From positions 744,001 through 808,000 of the forward strand of contig OX597837.1 of assembly GCA_951406725.2 (NCBI GenBank): DNA of 64,000 nucleotides, given 5' to 3'. Positions 56,150 to 64,000 of the stretch are shown piece after piece. A model generated the notes under the pieces. That model searched no databases. It was not told the origin of the DNA and saw only the letters and a list, made by a program, of their open reading frames with translations. This DNA comes from Octopus vulgaris. Its lineage: Eukaryota. The stretch's first letter is position 1. Every line of letters starts with the position of its first letter. A program made the position numbers and the translations under genes.

Positions 56150-56453
56150 GTGAGGTGTGTGTGTATGTGTGTCTGTGTGTGTGTGTATTAGAGTGTCTTG
56201 TTAATATATATTTGTATGTATGTATGTATGTATGTATATTCACGGACGCTCTTCCCCCACCGTTTCTGTGTACGAAATCTGTTCCCGAGTATTTAGTCAT
56301 TCTGGGGTTATAGTAGGAGTCACTTGACCGAGGTGTGGGAGTGAACCCGAAGTCACGTACAGTTCAGATGTGCGTGTGTGTGCGTGTGCGTGTGTGTGCG
56401 TGTGCGTGTGTGTGCGTGTGCGTGTGTGTGCGCGTCTGTGTTCGTGTATATAT

Positions 56454-56487
<34 letters not shown>

Positions 56488-56867
56488 ATCTGTGCCTATA
56501 TTCTGCGTGTTTGTGTATGTCCGTGTGTATGTGTGTGTAAGTGTGAACATGTCCCTCAGTACATGTTCGTACGTGTGTGTGTGCGTGCGTGTGTATAGCT
56601 TCTTTACGCTCTGTGTCTGTGTGTGCGTGCCGACCAGCCATAGTCGGTGCTTAGCAGTGTCAGTCGGCTGTGTCTGTGTGTGCGTCTTCAGATCTTAACC
56701 ACCGTCTGTTGCCCTTCTCATTTCACTCCGGCTCACTGCCTCGCTGTGTCTGTGTGTGCGTTGAACACCGTCAGGTTTGTTTCGCCGTCAGCTCATCTCT
56801 TCGTTATGGAGAAGTGTGTTCCTTTTAAATGTGTGTGTGTGTGCGCATCCATAAAAAATTATATATT

Positions 56868-56893
56868 TCTACAACCTTATATCTGTCTCTCTG

Positions 56894-56948
<55 letters not shown>

Positions 56949-57338
56949 GTCTATTTGTCTGTATGTATGTCTATCTGTCTGTATGTCTATCTGTCTGTCT
57001 ATCTACCTGTCTGTCTATCTATCTGTCTGTCTATCTATCTGTCTGTATGTCTATCTACCTATCTATCTGTCTGTCTGTCTGTCTGTATCGATATTAGTAA
57101 TTATAGGGTAATACGATCCTAAAAATCCTGGTACAAGAGGTTTGTTAGCTTCAAGGGTGTACTGAGTCAGTATAGATGCCGAAAGGTGGACAACATACAA
57201 CAAAGAAAGGTTGATAACCATCAGACGTAACACTTCGTCCCATATTGAAATCAATGGAAATTTCGATTAACTGACTGTCGCTACACGACTCACGGTTTAG
57301 CATCTAAATTCGCTTAACATTCCCAAATATACATACAT

Positions 57339-57424
<86 letters not shown>

Positions 57425-57988
57425 CAATAAGAAAATGGAGGGGATCAATATGTGGTTCATCAACTTTTAGACATTATATTATGTCAACTTCTTTATTCTT
57501 TACTAAAATGACAATTACAAGAATATACATACCTGTATAGCATATTATGCTTTACATATAAAATATATAAATATATAAAGATACCAGTAATTATTTAAAT
57601 ATAACATACAGACTGAAGGAATAAAGGTAGAATGAGGTATTTTTGCCTCTTGGCTGAAACAGCTGTAAGATATTTTTCCAATTTATATTCCTGTATGTTA
57701 TATTTAAATAATTACTGGTATCTTTATATATTTATATATTTATATATTTTATATGTTATACATGTATGTATATTCTTGTAATTGTCATTTTAGTAAAGAA
57801 TAAAGAAGTTTAAATAATATAATGTCTAAAAGTTGATGAACCACATATTGATCCCCTCCATTTTCTTATTGCTATATATATATATATATATCGAAACGTT
57901 AAACCCTTCTTCTTCCCTTCCTTCCTGAGCGTCCAATAATATTATATTTGTTCCACGTCCTCGCGTTGTTGTGTTTTCATGTTTGGAT

Positions 57989-58056
<68 letters not shown>

Positions 58057-58362
58057 TGTATGTATGTATATTTGGGAATGTTAAGCGAATTTAGATGCTA
58101 AACCGTGAGTCGTGTAGCGACAGTCAGTTAATCGAAATTTCCATTGATTTCAATGTGGGACGAAGTGTTACGTCTGATGGTTATCAACCTTTCTTTGTCG
58201 TATGTTGTCCACCTTTCGGCATCTATACTGACTCAGTACACCCTTGAAGCTAACAAACCTCTTGTACCAGGATTTTTAGGATCGTATTACCCTATAACTT
58301 ACTTATATCGATACAGACAGACAGACAGACAGACAGATAGATAGATAGACATACAGACAGAC

Positions 58363-58429
<67 letters not shown>

Positions 58430-58443
58430 GATACGGTTGTAGA
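56868..58443. repeat. ~1.6-kb nested inverted duplication
   Basis: Outer unique arms 57085-57343 / 58055-58314 (few mismatches), extended by (TCTA)n/(TAGA)n and TCTACAACC/GGTTGTAGA. Inner arms 57421-57611 / 57691-57875. Confidence 0.95.
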
Positions 58444-58521
58444 TATTATTTTACACGTTCCAGCCCTGAGACAGTGGCAATGCTGGGGCACCACCATATG
58501 CATCACACACAAAGACGCACG

Positions 58522-58566
<45 letters not shown>

Positions 58567-59279
58567 TATATATATATTTACACACATACACATATACATG
58601 TTCACTGATATATACATGTGTATATCTACACATGCATACATATATATCTGTATATCAATCTATCTATCATTCGTCCTCTGCCTATCTCTATCTCTCACTC
58701 CTCTCTCTCTCTATCTGTCTGTCTATCTTTCTCTCTAGCAGTATGTATGCATGAATATATGTATATATGCAGAGAGAGGGAGAGAGAGATATATATATAG
58801 TAAGAGAGATTGAGCGAGAGTGAGTTAGAATGTAATACTCATGTTTGAAAGAGAGAGAAAGAGAGGGAAAAACGAGAAAGAGAGAGAAAGAAAGGGAGTG
58901 TGTGAGTGTGCGTGTATGCGTGTGTGTGAATGTGAAGTTCGTGCTTGAGAAGTCGGGATGAAACTCGTTGATGTGACGAGAGTCTGAGGATTGGGAAATA
59001 TACGATGACTGTTCTATCAACAGGAATATAGAATGAAAGTTGGAAGGAAGTATTGTGGTGAGAATTGATACGACCCTTGGATGGTGCAGTCCAATGAAAC
59101 TCTGTCTGGCATTCGGGGAAATGGTGGCTGTCGGTGACGGTGGCAGTGGTCAAAGGGCCGAAGGGAGGGAGGAAGGTCGTTCGTTAGTGATTTTGACGGG
59201 GTAAATTTTAGAGGGACAGGGCTCTGACGACGCCTTGGCCTTCATTCCTTACTGGACGCACGTTGAAGATGGGAGATGA

Positions 59280-59332
<53 letters not shown>

Positions 59333-59471
59333 CATACATATATGTATACATATACATATATATATAAGTATATATATATATACATATATATACATATATA
59401 TACATATACATATATATATGAGTATATATATATATATACATATATAAGTATATATATATATACATATATAT

Positions 59472-59510
<39 letters not shown>

Positions 59511-59522
59511 CTTATATATATT

Positions 59523-59554
<32 letters not shown>

Positions 59555-59777
59555 ATATGTATATATATACATATATATATATATAAATATGTATAAGTAT
59601 ATATATACATATATATATATATATATAAGTATATGTATATATATACTTATAATAAATTAATTTTACTCTGCTATGTATTGAGTACCTTATTTACTGTGGT
59701 TAACCCCGAATCAACCCGGGATCTACATATATATAAGTATATATATATATACATATATATATATAAATATATATAAG

Positions 59778-59831
<54 letters not shown>

Positions 59832-59866
59832 TATATAAGTATATATATACATATATATATATATAA

Positions 59867-59899
<33 letters not shown>

Positions 59900-59946
59900 A
59901 ATATATATAAGTATATATATATACATAGATATATATATATAGATAC

Positions 59947-60509
<563 letters not shown>

Positions 60510-60781
60510 TGTCTCAAAGCCGTAGGGCGCCTGTGTCATCCTTGTTTTTAACCGTTACTGTCTTCAAAACAGTTTTTTTCGTTTCATGTTCGTCTCCGTT
60601 GTGTTGCATTCTTTCCTTCTGGGGCTGGCCGATTCAGAGCGGATCTCAGAATTAAACAGCCGAAATCTGCGATGTGGAATCGGTTTCTGACTGAAGAACG
60701 AAGGCTTTGAATGACCCGTCTGTCTCTTATGTTCGTCCCTTCGTGTATTTCACGTTATTTATTTATGTAAAGGTTTATTCT
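60510..60781 (+). mobile_element. (TA)n-flanked repeat, homolog of 13042-13330 family
   Basis: Shares GGGGCTGGCCGA..CAGAATT.AACAGCCGAAAT..TCTGACTGAAGA..GAAGGCTT.GAATGA..GTTCGTCCCTTC with the reverse complement of 13042-13220. Confidence 0.85.
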
Positions 60782-60833
60782 ATATATATATATACATATA
60801 TATATATACATAATATATACATATATATATATC

Positions 60834-60905
<72 letters not shown>

Positions 60906-60954
60906 TATATATATATACATACATATATATATATACATATATATATATACACAC

Positions 60955-60989
<35 letters not shown>

Positions 60990-61000
60990 CATTTAATATA

Positions 61001-61048
<48 letters not shown>

Positions 61049-61622
61049 CATATAATATATGTACATATACATATATATATATATATATAATATGTATATA
61101 TGCAATATATGTGTGTGTGTGTATCTGTAGGGCGACGAGCTGGCAGAATCGATAGCACGCCGGGCGAAATACATAGCGATATTCGTCTGGCGTTACGTTC
61201 TGAGTTCAATTTCCTCCGAGGTCCACTTTACCTTTCATTCGTTGGGGGTCGACTAAATAAGTACCAGTTACGCACTAGGGTAGATGTAATCGACTTAATC
61301 CCTTTGTCTGTCCTTCTTTGTCCCCTCTATGTTTAACCCCATGTGGGCAATAAAGAAATAAATATATTTGTGAGTATATTTATATATAAATTACATACTT
61401 ATATATTGCATTGAAATTTTGGTACAAAAGCAGAAATTTCGATGTGTGGGGTAAGACGATTACTTCCAACCCCAGTGCACAGCTGATACTCATTTTATCA
61501 ACCCCAAAGGACGAAAGGTAAAGTCGACCTCGGCGGAATTTTAACTCAGAACGTAAGGACGCACGAAATGTCATGAAGCTCTTGGCCCAACGGGATAACG
61601 ATTTTACCAGCTTGCCTTCGTA

Positions 61623-61667
<45 letters not shown>

Positions 61668-61713
61668 GTACTTGGAGAAGAAGAACGGAACGAAACGAAC
61701 GAATCGAATCGAA

Positions 61714-61761
<48 letters not shown>

Positions 61762-61768
61762 TACGTTT

Positions 61769-61937
61769 AAATATTTGTTGTGCAAGATTTTTTTGGTGAA
61801 GTCGTGTGTTGAAACAGATATTGTTATATTTCGGAATGGTCATATTGCCAGTTTAGCCAATAAATAACACCAAATATATAGTGCGTGTGTTTTTATTGGC
61901 TAAACTGGCAATATGACCATTCCGAAATATAACAATA
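61769..61937 (+). repeat. Degenerate hammerhead-shaped motif overlapping a perfect 46-bp inverted repeat, inside (TA)n
   Basis: AAATAT/ATATTT stem and GAAACA-GATAT-TGTT. IR arms 61819-61864 / 61892-61937. Confidence 0.75.
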
Positions 61938-62048
61938 TATATATATAAATGCATATATATACATGCATATATATGCATATATATAGATATATAGATATAT
62001 ATAATATGCATATATATAGATACATATATACATATATATATATATATA

Positions 62049-62088
<40 letters not shown>

Positions 62089-62094
62089 CATACA

Positions 62095-62142
<48 letters not shown>

Positions 62143-62330
62143 TTTATATATATATATGTAAATATGTATACATATATTTATGCATATATATATATACATA
62201 TATGCGTATATATGATTTATATATAAATGATGTATATATACATGTGTATGTATTATGTGTGAATGTATGTATATGTATAAGAATGTTATATACTTAACGT
62301 ACTAAATTTATACACACATGCACACACACG

Positions 62331-62371
<41 letters not shown>

Positions 62372-62419
62372 AAGAATGTCGATACACGCACATACAAATA
62401 CGCAGACGTTTTAAAAGCT

Positions 62420-62900
62420 CAATGTTAAGCTTAATCCTCCTCCTTAACCGAAAGCTTCGGTTACCCGCTGAAAGACAACAGGGCAGATACTCATTCACCG
62501 GTCCAGACTCGCTTGTTTCCCTGGCAGTAATATGGCGGTCAAGCAAGGTGTGTGCCGTCCTCTTCATCAAGAGCAAAGCAAAGAGAAAACGCTGGAGCTA
62601 AAAACATTTCAGAACATAAGTAGAATATAACAAAATGAAGAGCAAAATAGATCTTCTTTGTAATTAAAGTCGTAAATTCTTTTTGAGCCAGAATACGGCT
62701 TAGACATATCGGCAGTAAAACAGTGTAAGGCGAACGAAAGCATTGAATGTGATGATGTTGATACAAGAATTAAGACGTTCAGACTCAAACGAGATATTTT
62801 GTGCGTAAAGGATTAGGAAAGAATTCGATATACAAAAGCTGAAACAAGGTAAAAGATATTACTGAAAACCGGGTGTGTACAGGGTGTTAATGAATTTAAG
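62420..62900 (-). pseudogene. Possible decayed PLE GIY-YIG fragment
   Basis: FSLC..KRTAHTLLDRH..SGPVNEYLPCC loosely resembles F.C..YIG.T.R.L..R..EH..S.V..HL..C. Confidence 0.3.
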
Positions 62901-63128
62901 TAACACGGATGCAAATCTGTGTTCGACATTGAAATACTAGGCCCGATGGGTACATTATATATGCATAGCGGTGGCTGTGTGGTAAGAAGCTTGCCTCCCA
63001 ACAACATGGTTCCGGGATCAGTCCCACTGCGTGGTGGCACCTTGGGAAACTGTCTTCTGCTATAGCCACGGACTGGCCAAAGCCTTGTGAGGCGATTTGG
63101 TAGACGGAAACTGAAAGAAGCACGTATA

Positions 63129-63233
<105 letters not shown>

Positions 63234-64000
63234 TATGTGTATATTCATACATATATATGTGCGTGTGTGTACGTGTACGTACATAAGTACATATAAACCG
63301 ACAAATACATTCATTTATTTACTTAAATATCGACATATATACGTACGCACATACATACACATATACATACCTACATACACGCATGCATGCGGACATACAT
63401 TACTTGTACGTTCATAAACACATGCACGTAAGTTCATACATATACATACACATTTTCATTGTATGAATATTCGCGAGTATTTCTACTCTTTACTGGCACA
63501 GATCGATAGAATATCTCAGAAATCCACTGCCTCATCTCGCGACCTCGATTTCGATCTCAGCGCACGGCAACCAGCGCGCGTGAACCAATAACACGAGTGG
63601 GCGACCTGGAATTACATACATACTTAAATCTCTCTATAGTCATACACACACGCACACCGGTATATACATAAATACATGCATACGTAAATACATATATGTT
63701 TGTGCATATGTATGTATATAGATATGTGTTTAAGTGTGTGTATAAATAAATAAGTAAATATATATGTATGTATGTAGCTTGCTTATCAATCACATGGTTC
63801 AAGGTTCAGTCCCACTGCATAGAACCTTGGGCCAGTATCTTCTACTATAGTCTCCTGCCGACCAAAGCCTTGTGAGTGGATTTGGTAGACGGAAACTGAA
63901 AGAAGCCCGTCGTGTGTGTGCCTGTGTCTGTACACCCAACCATCGCTTGGCAACCGATGTTGGAGTGTTTCCGTTCTCGTAACTTTGCGGTTCAGCGAGG

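Overview
AT-rich, microsatellite-saturated eukaryotic non-coding DNA, very probably from an octopus (coleoid cephalopod) genome. That call is an inference from the repeated tRNA-derived SINE families ending in ...CCAGCATGGCCGCAGTCAAATGACTGAAACAAGTAAAAGA and the extreme (TA)n/(CA)n/(TCTA)n load. I found no convincing host protein-coding exon, and nearly all listed ORFs are microsatellite artefacts. The window is a mosaic of SINEs, decayed LINEs (CR1/L2-like, RTE, R4/Dong, Hero), Penelope-like element (PLE) relics and DNA-transposon relics (mariner, Tc1-like, MULE, hAT and pogo MITEs, a non-autonomous Helitron), plus a tRNA-Asp pseudogene. The notable signal is RNA structure. (i) A ~497-bp tandem dimer (5812-6801) carries a type I hammerhead ribozyme in each unit, which is retrozyme-like and predicts a 496-nt RNA. 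(ii) A fully canonical type I hammerhead with a long stem II (60098-60198) sits in a (TA)n-flanked cassette. (iii) The 3' UTR of a Hero retroelement holds a complete hammerhead core in a non-canonical, multiply pseudoknotted strand order (27373-27474). (iv) There are many degenerate hammerhead-shaped motifs and fold-back inverted duplications, including a ~1.6-kb nested palindrome (56868-58443). All structures were paired by eye. None has been computed or tested, and element boundaries are approximate unless TIRs or TSDs are stated.
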